This document shows positions 40,351-50,075 of a stretch of DNA of 64,000 nt, in pieces; the stretch's first letter is position 1, and every line of letters starts with the position of its first letter. The translations under genes and the position numbers were made by a program. The notes below the pieces were generated by a model, which was not told the origin of the DNA, ran no database searches, and was given only the letters and a program-made list of their open reading frames with translations. Source of the stretch: Opitutales bacterium (GTDB lineage: Bacteria; Verrucomicrobiota; Verrucomicrobiia; Opitutales; PNEW01); contig CBDANS010000006.1 of NCBI GenBank assembly GCA_965197745.1, positions 1,376,001 to 1,440,000 of the forward strand, read 5' to 3'.

Positions 40351-41478
40351 TTAACAGCACCAGTGTTGAATGAGCTTTGTGTACATTTCTGTCCCCCGTT
40401 CCAACTGATCCAGATCGATCCACTCATCGTTCTTATGCGCCTGGGCAATGTTACCAGGGCCGAAAACGACCAGTTTAGGCATCGTTGTAAATGCCATCCC
40501 ATCACTGCCATAGGAAACGGTCCGCGGTGCTTCTTTCCCTGCCAGCTTCAGCATATCATGCATAAATTCCGAATGAGGATCGCAATATAGTGGGGCTCCA
40601 TATAAACCGGTTTCAAATTCGAGGCCGCATTTTTCTGCCACCTGTCGCGCCCGATCTATTAGCGTATCGGTGTCCAGGCCCGGCATCGGTCTAAATCGAA
40701 CGATGCAGACGCTCTGTGGCGGTGTTATATTGAGCGCCTTGCAGTTGTCTTTCATTATGATATTCCAGCGCAATGTAGGTGGATTGAATTCTTCGTTTTT
40801 CCACTTCGGGTCTGATTCAGTCTCATCATGTAATTTTTTCATTTCAACAAGGAATGGGATCATGGCGAGATTGGCGTTAAGGCCCTCCTCGGTGCTGGAA
40901 TGAGCAGCCTTACCATGCGATATAGCCTGGAATCCGGAAGTTCCTTTGTGCGCGTAGACAACTTCGAGCATTGTCGGTTCACCGATCACACCCATACTCT
41001 CACCTTCGACCATTTCCCGATAGTACTTAGAATTTTGTGCTACTTGTATCGCCCCTTCCATACTGATTTCTTCATCTGCAGTACAGGTTACATATACCGG
41101 GTTTTTTAACTCCGCGGTGGATATCTGTTCCGCTGCGGCTAACATACAGGCGACCGATCCTTTCATGTCACAGCTTCCGCGGCCGTAAAGTTTATTATCT
41201 TTTACCGTTGGTGTGTAGGGACCATGATCCTGGGAAAACCAGGCATCGACAGGGACAACATCGGTATGACCAAAGTAAGCCATACCACCCCGGTCATTTC
41301 CTTTTTTGCCGACAATACTTGCCTTTCTCGTTCCGTTAATGTCGTCATACTCAAGTCGCTCGGTTTCAAAACCGATTATTTTTAAAGTGTCTTCTACATA
41401 GTCGCTTATCGCGATATTCGATAAGACACTCGTCGACTCAAAAGCGATCAAATCCCGGCTGTATTCAAGTGAATCCAT
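40351..41478 (-). CDS. argE: Acetylornithine deacetylase-like M20 peptidase
   Basis: GHTDVVP, GRGSCDMKG, ADEE, GEPT, AHKG, GPGNIAQAH. Confidence 0.85.
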   Translation of the reverse strand: MDSLEYSRDLIAFESTSVLSNIAISDYVEDTLKIIGFETERLEYDDINGTRKASIVGKKGNDRGGMAYFGHTDVVPVDAWFSQDHGPYTPTVKDNKLYGRGSCDMKGSVACMLAAAEQISTAELKNPVYVTCTADEEISMEGAIQVAQNSKYYREMVEGESMGVIGEPTMLEVVYAHKGTSGFQAISHGKAAHSSTEEGLNANLAMIPFLVEMKKLHDETESDPKWKNEEFNPPTLRWNIIMKDNCKALNITPPQSVCIVRFRPMPGLDTDTLIDRARQVAEKCGLEFETGLYGAPLYCDPHSEFMHDMLKLAGKEAPRTVSYGSDGMAFTTMPKLVVFGPGNIAQAHKNDEWIDLDQLERGTEMYTKLIQHWCC

Positions 41479-41648
41479 AAAGTGTTATTCTGACTGTGAT
41501 AATCTATTCCTGTAAATGTAATTATGAGTTACGATCATTAATCTTCAGTTTGCTGTCGATCAATAAGTATTATTGAAACAATCTCTTCAGGGTAAGCATT
41601 TCGTTCACCTCAGCGCGTTTTTATAATTATAGTGAAATTCATTTTATT

Positions 41649-42181
41649 TGGAGGGACGCGCTCCGTCGCGTCCGTGGATATTCCATTGAAAGCCGTAATC
41701 CAAAGCGGCCACGACGAAGCGTGGCCCTCCAGAAATTCATCATAGCCAGGTGGAGCACGGTGTCCCTGCCGTGATTAGTAAAGTAATAAATAAAGAAGCG
41801 TGCTGGGACAGCCCGCTCCACCTATGTTTTATGCTATCGCAGGTTGAACGAGCTGTCCCTAGCGCGTATGTAGTAATTAAAAAATAAAAAATAGCGTTCT
41901 CTTGATCAGCTGTCGTCCCAATAAATTCTTTACGGCCACGACAACGCGTGGCCCTCCGGAAAATTTGACCGTTGTTATGAGATTAGATGCCCATATTAAG
42001 GACGAAGATGTTTAAAATAAACTGGAGGGACGCGCGGTCGCCTGACGGCCATAGTTCCGCATCTGCGAGGCGACGGCTGATCGCGTCCACGTATTTAATA
42101 ATCAGAGATTAAGAAGCGTGCTGAGATCAACCTTCGTCCCGCGGTGGCGGGACTACGGCGTGACAGGCAGCCCGCTCCACC
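41649..42181. repeat. Dense REP cluster with empty and filled copies
   Basis: GGAG-REPs 41650-41673, 41707-41730, 41934-41957 and filled 42024-42088; GTGG-REPs 41748-41774, 41793-41822, 41840-41867 and filled 42111-42181. Confidence 0.9.
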
Positions 42182-42294
42182 GTAAATTATGATAAAAATA
42201 TAAAATTGTTTACACTGATAATTAAGGCACATAGACAGTAAAGACCTGAAACAGGCAATTGAGATTTTATGAATAAAAAATTTATGGAGGATTC

Positions 42295-43134
42295 ATGAAA
42301 CCCAAGTTAGCCTGTCCCGACTTCACTTTTCCATTGTTAAAACATGAACAGGCGCTGCAGCTGATTGCCATGCTGGGTATCAAAGGTGTGGATATCGGAT
42401 TGTTTGAAAAGCGATCGCATCTCCAACCATCAATTGAGTTCAAAAATGTGCGGCGTTCAGCATATCGATTAAAAGGGAAGCTGGACAATCTTGGGCTGAA
42501 AGCAGCCGATGTTTTCATGCAACCTGCAGGGGATTTCCGAACCAACGCGATCAACCATCCCCAGCGATCGCGCCGTCGACGGATGCGTGACTGGTACCTG
42601 AAAACACTGGAGTACGCAGCAGGGTGTAAATGCAGACATGTCACGATAACGCCCGGCGCTCATTTCGAAGGAGAATTATACCGTGATTCCTTTGCCCGGG
42701 CCGTTGAGGAATTACAATGGCGGGTAGATGAGGCCAAACACCATCGCATCGTTCTGGGAGTCGAAGCGCACTTAGGATCGATTGTCCCTCGACCCAAACC
42801 TGCGGAAAAACTGGTAAAAAGTGTTCCCGGGTTGACACTGACCTTGGACTACGGGCACTTCATACGCGATGGTTGTTCGGAAGCGGTTATAGAACCGCTG
42901 CTCAAGTATGCCAGTCACTTCCATGTGCGCGGAGGATCCAGGAAGCGTTTGCAGGAAAGCTTTGATAGCAACACCATTGATTTTAAAAGAATATATAAAG
43001 TGATGCAGAAAACAGGGTACCGTGGATGGCTTTCGCTTGAGTACGTCTGGACCGATTGGGAGCATTGCAATGAGTGCGATAATCTTTCTGAGACAATTCG
43101 CTATCGGGATTTTTTTCGGATGCTGGCAAACTGA
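42295..43134 (+). CDS. Sugar phosphate isomerase/epimerase (AP-endonuclease-2 TIM barrel)
   Basis: GVEAH, LDYGH, HFHVR, LSLEY; GGAGG RBS. Confidence 0.88.
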   Translation: MKPKLACPDFTFPLLKHEQALQLIAMLGIKGVDIGLFEKRSHLQPSIEFKNVRRSAYRLKGKLDNLGLKAADVFMQPAGDFRTNAINHPQRSRRRRMRDWYLKTLEYAAGCKCRHVTITPGAHFEGELYRDSFARAVEELQWRVDEAKHHRIVLGVEAHLGSIVPRPKPAEKLVKSVPGLTLTLDYGHFIRDGCSEAVIEPLLKYASHFHVRGGSRKRLQESFDSNTIDFKRIYKVMQKTGYRGWLSLEYVWTDWEHCNECDNLSETIRYRDFFRMLAN

Positions 43135-43320
43135 AGATACAAGAAAAATAGGGGAGCAAGATGTATTCCATTGGTATGACTTTCAATCTGAAACCCAGAT
43201 GTTACCCCGAGTATAAAGAAGCTCAGACATATTATAGCCTGAGATCGCGGAGCATTTGGCAGTCAACAAAGTAAATATGGCGATCCACTGCTTTGGGGAA
43301 CGGCTATCATGGACAACTCA

Positions 43321-43433
43321 CGGACGCGACAACGCGCGTCCCTCCATTATTCTGTTAATAATAATATTTATCTGGAGGGCCACGCGTCGTCGTGGGCGTA
43401 TCGAATTATATGGGGTCTACGACGTGGCAAGCG
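43321..43433. repeat. GGAG-REP pair (empty copies)
   Basis: GGACGCGACAACGCGCGTCCCTCC 43322-43345 and GGAGGGCCACGCGTCGTCGTGGGC 43374-43397. Confidence 0.85.
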
Positions 43434-43459
43434 CAAACCAAGTATATTAACGATTAGGA

Positions 43460-44920
43460 TCAGCATTCTGGAAATGGCAACTGGGTGAGTGCTCGCCAGT
43501 AAGCCGGGCCGCGTAAAGATTCCCCGTGCAATGGAGCTTCGGTGCCAATGATTCGATCGATGAGCATTCTGCTCATACGCGTGAGCTGCTCCCGGTAGTC
43601 GGGATTAGGGTAGAGATTGTGGATTTCGTCGGGGTCTTGATCGAGATCATAAAGTTCGCCGTAGTCTTGACCGGGGTAATGAATGAGTTTCCAGCGTTGC
43701 TCTCTCAGCATCTTGACCGCGCCAATTTCCGCAAAAATTGATGATCGCTTCGGCGACGTCTCGCCGCGCAAATCTGAATTCAATTCATGCCCCTGGATCT
43801 GGGAGGGGCGATCTATCCCCAGTTCATTGACGATAGTCGGAAAGATATCGATCAATTCGATGGGTTCTTTCACATTGTTGCCTCGACTAGCTTGGGGTGA
43901 TGGGGACCGAATGATCAATGGAACACGCAATGAGACATCATAGAGCATCGGGTATTCGTCTTTGGGTTTTTGCAGCATTCCGTGATGACCGAGTAGTTCC
44001 CCGTGATCGGACAAGAAAACAATAAGGGTATCATCCAGCAATCCAAGTTGCGTCAGGGAATTCATGATTTTACCAACTTGATCATCTATCATTGTAATCG
44101 AAGCATAGTAATAGGCGATGACACGTTGTAATCTTTCCCTGTCCAGATTTTCATAATTACTCGTTCTTCCTTCGACCTTATACTTCGCTTGCTGAGGCGG
44201 TTTTCCGGACAGGTCGCTATGAAATGAAGCCGGTAGTGGCATATCCGCGGGGTCATACAGGGACGCGTAGGGCTCGGGAGGTTCAAACGGATTATGAGGG
44301 TTAGGAAAACCGACAAAGAGGAAAAAGGGTGTGTCGGACGAACGGTTATGAAGATAGGCAACCGCCTGATCGGCTGCCCACACATCAAAGTAAGCTTCAG
44401 CAGGGATGCAATTCACCGTGCATTGAAATGAATCCAGATATTCCTGAGTGGCATGGTGTGTGTAAGAACGATGAAAGTAATCCCAATAACCGTTATCTTT
44501 AATCCACTTTTTATAGTGTGGGTACAATACCTCGGGATCGGTTGCGGCGGAGTTCTGCCCCTCACACAGCATCTGTTCGGCAAAAGAGGCATTTGTTTTC
44601 TCTTCGAACAAGTGTACTTTTCCCGTGGCGCAGGTATCCCATCCCAATGATTTTAAGAACTCGGGTAGGGTCACTTCCTCTTCATGCATGGCGCAGTGGT
44701 TGGAAATCGCTCCATTGGTATGCGGATACCTGCCCGTAAGCATTGAAGAACGGCTGGGCACACATTGTGGATGCTGCGCAAAAGCAGAGTCGAAACGTGT
44801 TCCTGCGGCCGCTAATTTATCCAGGTATGGCGTCTTGACGATGGCATTGCCATAACAACCGACACTATCCGCGCGCAACTGATCAGCGAGCATGAATATT
44901 ACATTTCGGGAATTTGCCAT
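43460..44920 (-). CDS. Sulfatase
   Basis: ADQLR, CVPSRSSMLTGRYP, GKVH, PHNP, SDHG. Confidence 0.95.
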   Translation of the reverse strand: MANSRNVIFMLADQLRADSVGCYGNAIVKTPYLDKLAAAGTRFDSAFAQHPQCVPSRSSMLTGRYPHTNGAISNHCAMHEEEVTLPEFLKSLGWDTCATGKVHLFEEKTNASFAEQMLCEGQNSAATDPEVLYPHYKKWIKDNGYWDYFHRSYTHHATQEYLDSFQCTVNCIPAEAYFDVWAADQAVAYLHNRSSDTPFFLFVGFPNPHNPFEPPEPYASLYDPADMPLPASFHSDLSGKPPQQAKYKVEGRTSNYENLDRERLQRVIAYYYASITMIDDQVGKIMNSLTQLGLLDDTLIVFLSDHGELLGHHGMLQKPKDEYPMLYDVSLRVPLIIRSPSPQASRGNNVKEPIELIDIFPTIVNELGIDRPSQIQGHELNSDLRGETSPKRSSIFAEIGAVKMLREQRWKLIHYPGQDYGELYDLDQDPDEIHNLYPNPDYREQLTRMSRMLIDRIIGTEAPLHGESLRGPAYWRALTQLPFPEC

Positions 44921-44995
44921 TTATTTTCCTTATCTTGTTCAGCTATTGCATTGGGCCATGGTTGTTTTATTCCTCTGATATAACACATGTCTAGC

Positions 44996-45156
44996 TCATT
45001 GCGTGGGAGGCCACCAGCTGGCCCCGACTACCGAGTCTCGCGACTGCGAAGCGGCATCTTCCATTCCAGGAGAATAGCCGTCGTGTTTACGATTACCACT
45101 CTATCTACTATAAATTTTTCCATTGAAGCTTCGTCTCTTCACTCCTCGCAATGACA
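44996..45156. repeat. Degenerate TGTCATTGCG palindrome with CTACCGAG-type insert
   Basis: TCATTGCGTGGGAG...CTACCGAGTCTCGCGACTGCGAAGCGGCATCTTC...CTCCTCGCAATGACA. Confidence 0.75.
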
Positions 45157-45245
45157 ATAGGACGCGGACGAAGTTTTAAACTTTGAGAAATAATAAATCC
45201 CTTAAGCTCCACCGCATACTTGATTTTCTCATTTACGCATAACCC

Positions 45246-46823
45246 TCATTTCCCTTCACGGTCCTTAAGTTCCGGCCAGATGCTGCGCATCTGCCAGGCG
45301 TCTATTGAGACAAGCGATGCTTCACTGCCTCGTGCGAAGACTGAGACCCCATTGCTGTCGTCACGATCAGGATAGGCGCGAATAGTCAAACATTGCGTCC
45401 CGTTAGCGAATACTTCAACGATGGATCGGTCGATGAAGATGTGCAGGTGAAGAAGTTCTCCTATATCAAGTTTAAGGGGCCCTGTTTCAGGAATGCGCGC
45501 GAGAACATCACTTCGCAGAGATGAAGACGAAACATCAATCTGGAGCGAGCTGATGGTGTTCTGGCGCGAGCTTATAATTTCAGGTATGTTTTTCCGAAAG
45601 AGCGTGACACATGTCTGCTCTGTGCCTTCGGGCGAACGAAAAACGCATAGTCCCACTTCTCGTGCATCATGCGGATCGATGACGGCGTAAATCTCCATTG
45701 CTTTTCCATTAATGCTCGCTAAGACAATTTCACCATTTGCGGGAATTTTCTTTGACTCGATGCGTCGGTGATCGAATCGCAATGTTTCGAGTTCGTTAAC
45801 CGGCTCGATTTTGAGAGTGTTATCTGCATCCAATGACAGACATCGAGGGACAGTCATAATATCGTTCCATCCCTCTCGCGGCTTACCTTCTTTGACATTA
45901 AAGAATGCGATAAACCTGCCTTTATCGTCGATCATAGCCCCGGGTGCGTGCAGACTGCCGACCACAAAAGCTCCATAATTCATGCGCCCATGGTAATCCG
46001 GCATGAAGCGATGTGCTGTCCGGTCGTATGTGCCGACATAGTACTGCGCGGCGCGTTTGTGACTGAAAAAAAGGAGCATATGCTTTCCGTTAGCAATGGG
46101 CCAGAAGTTAGGGACTGCACTGTCTTCTCCTGGTTCGGTGAAACCCCCGTGCTCGATTAATGGACCAAGATATTCCCATTCTGCCAGGTCTTTAGAGTGG
46201 AATAATGGATTCACCCCTCGGCAATTATTTCCAATGTCACCGTCCTTGTAGGTGCCAGATAGGGCGTAATAGCCGTCTTCTTCTTTCCAGATACAGGGGT
46301 CGAAGACACGGTAGGGAGCACCGTTTTCGTCAATGGGCACGATCGGAATAACCGGATTATTTAGATGCTTTTTCCAGTTCAGCAGCAGCGGATCGGAAGC
46401 GGTAGCGATGGCATTGCCCGATTCTGTGCCGTGATAGATGGCTACCACCCGGTCTTCTTCAACCAGGGTCTGTCCGCTGTAGCAGTCCTTTTCTGTATCG
46501 GGGTAAATCGCGGGAGGCAGATCGCGCCAATGGACGAGATCATCGCTTACAAAGTGTCCCCACATGACCCTGTCCACACCATCAGGCTTAAACTGGTAGA
46601 AAAGATGGTAATTCCCCTGCCAATAGCAGGGACCATTAGGGTCGTTCATTACATTTTCGGGTGGCGAGAGATGGTAAAGCGGACGATAGGGATCGTCAGC
46701 CAGTCGTTCCCGCGATGCTTTGAACTTTAATAGATCTTCATCCCTATCCAACGCTTTAAGCTGTTCCTCGAGAGTGTCGGGAAATGTTTTCCCCCGCAGC
46801 GCTTCATATTTATGAACAGGCAT
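45246..46823 (-). CDS. Glycoside hydrolase family 32 protein
   Basis: MNDPNG, YHLFYQ, WGH, YSG, FDP, DRSIVEVF; the canonical RDP reads FDP and no EC motif is evident. Confidence 0.88.
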   Translation of the reverse strand: MPVHKYEALRGKTFPDTLEEQLKALDRDEDLLKFKASRERLADDPYRPLYHLSPPENVMNDPNGPCYWQGNYHLFYQFKPDGVDRVMWGHFVSDDLVHWRDLPPAIYPDTEKDCYSGQTLVEEDRVVAIYHGTESGNAIATASDPLLLNWKKHLNNPVIPIVPIDENGAPYRVFDPCIWKEEDGYYALSGTYKDGDIGNNCRGVNPLFHSKDLAEWEYLGPLIEHGGFTEPGEDSAVPNFWPIANGKHMLLFFSHKRAAQYYVGTYDRTAHRFMPDYHGRMNYGAFVVGSLHAPGAMIDDKGRFIAFFNVKEGKPREGWNDIMTVPRCLSLDADNTLKIEPVNELETLRFDHRRIESKKIPANGEIVLASINGKAMEIYAVIDPHDAREVGLCVFRSPEGTEQTCVTLFRKNIPEIISSRQNTISSLQIDVSSSSLRSDVLARIPETGPLKLDIGELLHLHIFIDRSIVEVFANGTQCLTIRAYPDRDDSNGVSVFARGSEASLVSIDAWQMRSIWPELKDREGK

Positions 46824-46880
46824 AGTATAATTTCCTCTACAATGTCTATCTACGTATTATCCGTATCGGGACCTGTTATT

Positions 46881-47606
46881 CTAAACGTTTCGATTTACAC
46901 TACTGAAATAGACTAAATAGATCTGTTCGTCCGTGACATTAATTATGGTATGACCGGGATCACAGGGACAAACCGATATCGTGGTTCCTTCTGATTGGAT
47001 ACAGACTTCCTGGCTTACGAGATGAACAGCCTGACCTCGCCACATGTACCATACTTCGTCAAAATCAGGTCCATGACCATGATTATCGCCGGTTCGAAGA
47101 GGATCGATTAATACCACACCCACATACCCCAGCTCATTAAAACCGTCTTCCTGGTCAAAGAGTCGATAACCCAGATAACACCAGTGGTTAATGCTCATAA
47201 CGCTTTCTCGATAGTTGCGAACCAGGGGTTTGTTTGCTCTATTCGCGGATTCATCGGAAAGTGATTCAACGACCAGTAAAAATTCCATTGGGGTGGGTCC
47301 GTCATTATTAATGGTATATTCAATACCTGGCGGCATAAGAATGCCATCGCCTTCTCTGAGTGCCTGCTCACTATTGGGAGTACTCAATATACCCGATCCA
47401 TTTAGAATAAAGAAGACTTCCTGAATACCTTCATTGATTTGGGCAAGTGATCGCGTTCCCGTTTCCAAAGAGCAGTGTGAATAAGAATCGATATAGCGTA
47501 GCACTGATTCAGAACTATTATCTCCTTCTTTGCGAAAGATCGTTCGTTGAACGATGTTTCCATGAGTGAGGGAAAGATCGCCTTCTTTCCAGTGTCGCTT
47601 ATCCAT
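46881..47606 (-). CDS. Bicupin protein
   Basis: QEVFFILNGSG...EGDGILMPPG and HGH...DEVWY...GH cupin motifs. Confidence 0.75.
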   Translation of the reverse strand: MDKRHWKEGDLSLTHGNIVQRTIFRKEGDNSSESVLRYIDSYSHCSLETGTRSLAQINEGIQEVFFILNGSGILSTPNSEQALREGDGILMPPGIEYTINNDGPTPMEFLLVVESLSDESANRANKPLVRNYRESVMSINHWCYLGYRLFDQEDGFNELGYVGVVLIDPLRTGDNHGHGPDFDEVWYMWRGQAVHLVSQEVCIQSEGTTISVCPCDPGHTIINVTDEQIYLVYFSSVNRNV

Positions 47607-47626
47607 TTGACCTCCTGACTATTGAA

Positions 47627-48607
47627 TTAACCTCGCAGCGCGCGCAATAGCAATTCTTTATCGATATTCCCTCCCGATAAAACCAACCCTGTTTTTTTTC
47701 CCGCCATCCTTTCTTTTTCCTTTATTAAGGCTGCCAGCGGACTTGCCCCAGCGCCCTCGGCGACATTATGCGTATCGGTGTAATAGAATCGAATAGCATC
47801 AAACATTTCATTATCAGAAACAGTTACGATTCGAGTCACCCCTTGTATTATAAATTTTAAAGCGATCGCGTCAGGAACCCGGACCGCAAGTCCGTCGGCA
47901 AAAGTATCACAGGTATCCGTTGATTCACATTTTTTATGATTAAAGGAAAGCGCATATGCAGGAGCTTTTTCCGAGACAACACCCACGATCTCTGTTTTCA
48001 AATTCAATGCATTGCGGGCATTGACCATACCGCAAATTCCAGAACCTAAACCTATGGGTACGTAGACGGTGTGCAAGTCAGGAACCGCCTTCAATAACTC
48101 AACACCGCAGGTGCCTACACCCTGAACGAGCAATGGATGAAAAGAGGGAAACATATGCAGGTTCTCCTTATCAGCCAATTCCCTGGCATATTCCAATGCG
48201 GTATTAAAATCTTCTCCATGTTCAATTAATTCGGCACCATATGCTTTCATCGCACGGTTTTTTTCTGGGCTATTTCCATGGGGAATTACAACGACTGCCC
48301 GAAGGCCCTTTTTCTTAGCGGCATAAGCAACACTCTGCCCATGGTTACCTCGTGTTGCGGCGACTACACCGGAAATTTCTCTTTCACTTTCAATCTTATT
48401 TTCTAAATACCAGATGCCACCCCGGACCTTAAACGAGCCCGTGGGTAAATGATTTTCATGTTTGGTCCAAACTTCACATCCGCACCTTTCACACAAAAGC
48501 GGCCATGCAATCTGTGGGGTAGGTGAGAGGTGTTCATAAATTACGGAAGAAGCCGACTCAAAATCGGATAGAGAAATGGCTATATGCTCACTATCTTTTA
48601 ATTCCAT
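47627..48607 (-). CDS. Threonine/serine dehydratase (PLP)
   Basis: KHENHLPTGSFKVRG, TRGNHG, PIGLGSG, LSGGN; start uncertain. Confidence 0.9.
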   Translation of the reverse strand: MELKDSEHIAISLSDFESASSVIYEHLSPTPQIAWPLLCERCGCEVWTKHENHLPTGSFKVRGGIWYLENKIESEREISGVVAATRGNHGQSVAYAAKKKGLRAVVVIPHGNSPEKNRAMKAYGAELIEHGEDFNTALEYARELADKENLHMFPSFHPLLVQGVGTCGVELLKAVPDLHTVYVPIGLGSGICGMVNARNALNLKTEIVGVVSEKAPAYALSFNHKKCESTDTCDTFADGLAVRVPDAIALKFIIQGVTRIVTVSDNEMFDAIRFYYTDTHNVAEGAGASPLAALIKEKERMAGKKTGLVLSGGNIDKELLLRALRG

Positions 48608-48698
48608 TAATTCCTGACTAACGATACTAGCACAGCTTCGCAAGCTGAACAATCAAATGCTCATCTTTGTTCTCTGCATAGAATAAAAATAAATGAAT

Positions 48699-49178
48699 GG
48701 TGGAGTGGGCTGTCACAGCACGCTTCTTAAACCCTGATTAACAATAATACAAACGCGGTAGGGACCAGCCGTCGTCCCGTCCCGCAATCGCGGGGGGACT
48801 ATGGCCGGCAGGCGACAACGCGCGTCCCTCCATTAATTTGTTAGAAATATTCATTTAAATTTAGGTTATGAATCTTCGTCTTCGTCTATCTCCAATAAAA
48901 TATAATATAATGACAGTTCAAATCGAGACGAAATGGTGGAGCGGGCTCCCCAGCACGCTTCTTTTTTTACTGAACATAAACGCGGTAGGGACACGATTCT
49001 ACTGAGCTCGTCGCAGGCCGCGTTCCACCTGGCAATGATGCCGATTCGGAGGGCCACGCGATGCCTGTCATGCCGTAATCCTCCCGCGACTGCGGGATGG
49101 GACGAAGGCAGATCGTAGCCGTATTAGGGTTCAGCATTCAATAGACAATCCGCGGACGCAACGGATTGCGTCTCTCCA
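48699..49178. repeat. Dense REP cluster with empty, filled and chimeric copies
   Basis: Empty 48699-48728 and 48935-48964; chimera 48752-48832; filled 48979-49030 and 49048-49121; 49153-49178. Confidence 0.88.
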
Positions 49179-49733
49179 TTATTCAGTCTTTGGTTCTAGA
49201 GATATATCATGGAACTGAGTCCCTGACACCAAACCCATGCTTTCACCGCTTGTTATTGAAATCGCCCCGTGTATCTCCTCATTAATGCCCCAGAATACCA
49301 GTTCCTGCCCTTTGCTTTCGTAGATCGTTACTTCCCCTCCACGATTCACGATCGCGTGCAATTGAACATAGCCATCAGCTCTTTTATTATAAGTCATGAC
49401 TAAACCATCTCCAATTTTATTGGATCCGAGGGAAGCGACTACTTCGCCATCATCACCGACGACTTCAAATCTTTTAATTTGGACAATTTCAGGTTCCTTA
49501 TGCAACGATGGAGTCGTTTCCTGAAGCCCAGTGGTGTTCCCTTGAACCATAGACGAGGCATCCTCTTTTGCGCGTATTTCGTCAATCATGTATGTTCTTG
49601 ATTCCAGAACAAAATGGAGCGTGAAAATTAAAACAACCCCAACGCCGAATAAAACTATACCCATACTAAACAAGGCCAGTTTTAATCGGCTGTTTTGTTG
49701 TTCTAAGTGATGAAAACGATCTTCTAATTTCAT
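49179..49733 (-). CDS. Hypothetical single-TM protein
   Basis: Short coiled coil (LEDRFHHLEQQNSRLK), one TM helix, Gly-rich beta C-terminus. Confidence 0.65.
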   Translation of the reverse strand: MKLEDRFHHLEQQNSRLKLALFSMGIVLFGVGVVLIFTLHFVLESRTYMIDEIRAKEDASSMVQGNTTGLQETTPSLHKEPEIVQIKRFEVVGDDGEVVASLGSNKIGDGLVMTYNKRADGYVQLHAIVNRGGEVTIYESKGQELVFWGINEEIHGAISITSGESMGLVSGTQFHDISLEPKTE

Positions 49734-50075
49734 TAGCTTGGCGCTATTTATCAGTTGCTTTTAAAGACAGAGGTAAGGCTGGATTGTCAGGAAAAGGGCT
49801 GCAGTCATAATAAGAAGGAATAATAAATACCAGAGTGACTGCGGTAACAGATTTTACGCTGAAGTAAATAATCTGTAATCAGTAATTGAGTCATAGATAA
49901 ACTGTTTTGTCAAAATCTTTCATCATTAACAATTTTCCTGGTTCCGCTTCAGGGTCACTGCCCATAAGCCAAAACATATTCCTCGGGGATGTTTTTATTT
50001 TTATCGATTATGCCCTTCACATTTTCATAAAAGTAAGGCACGGGACAATGACTCATTCTCATTGGGTCAGAATCT

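Noticed and set aside
41649..42181. CRISPR array
   Set aside because: Repeats are inverted, heterogeneous and irregularly spaced, and no cas genes are present.
28094..49118. Short ORFs over repeat clusters (28094, 41639, 43256, 48866, 48933)
   Set aside because: They are translations of REP hairpins (recurrent WRATRRR/TTTRGPP-type peptides) with no coding evidence.
49740..50070. Possible eroded gene between the TM protein and the GNAT gene
   Set aside because: Short frames broken by stops with no recognisable family.
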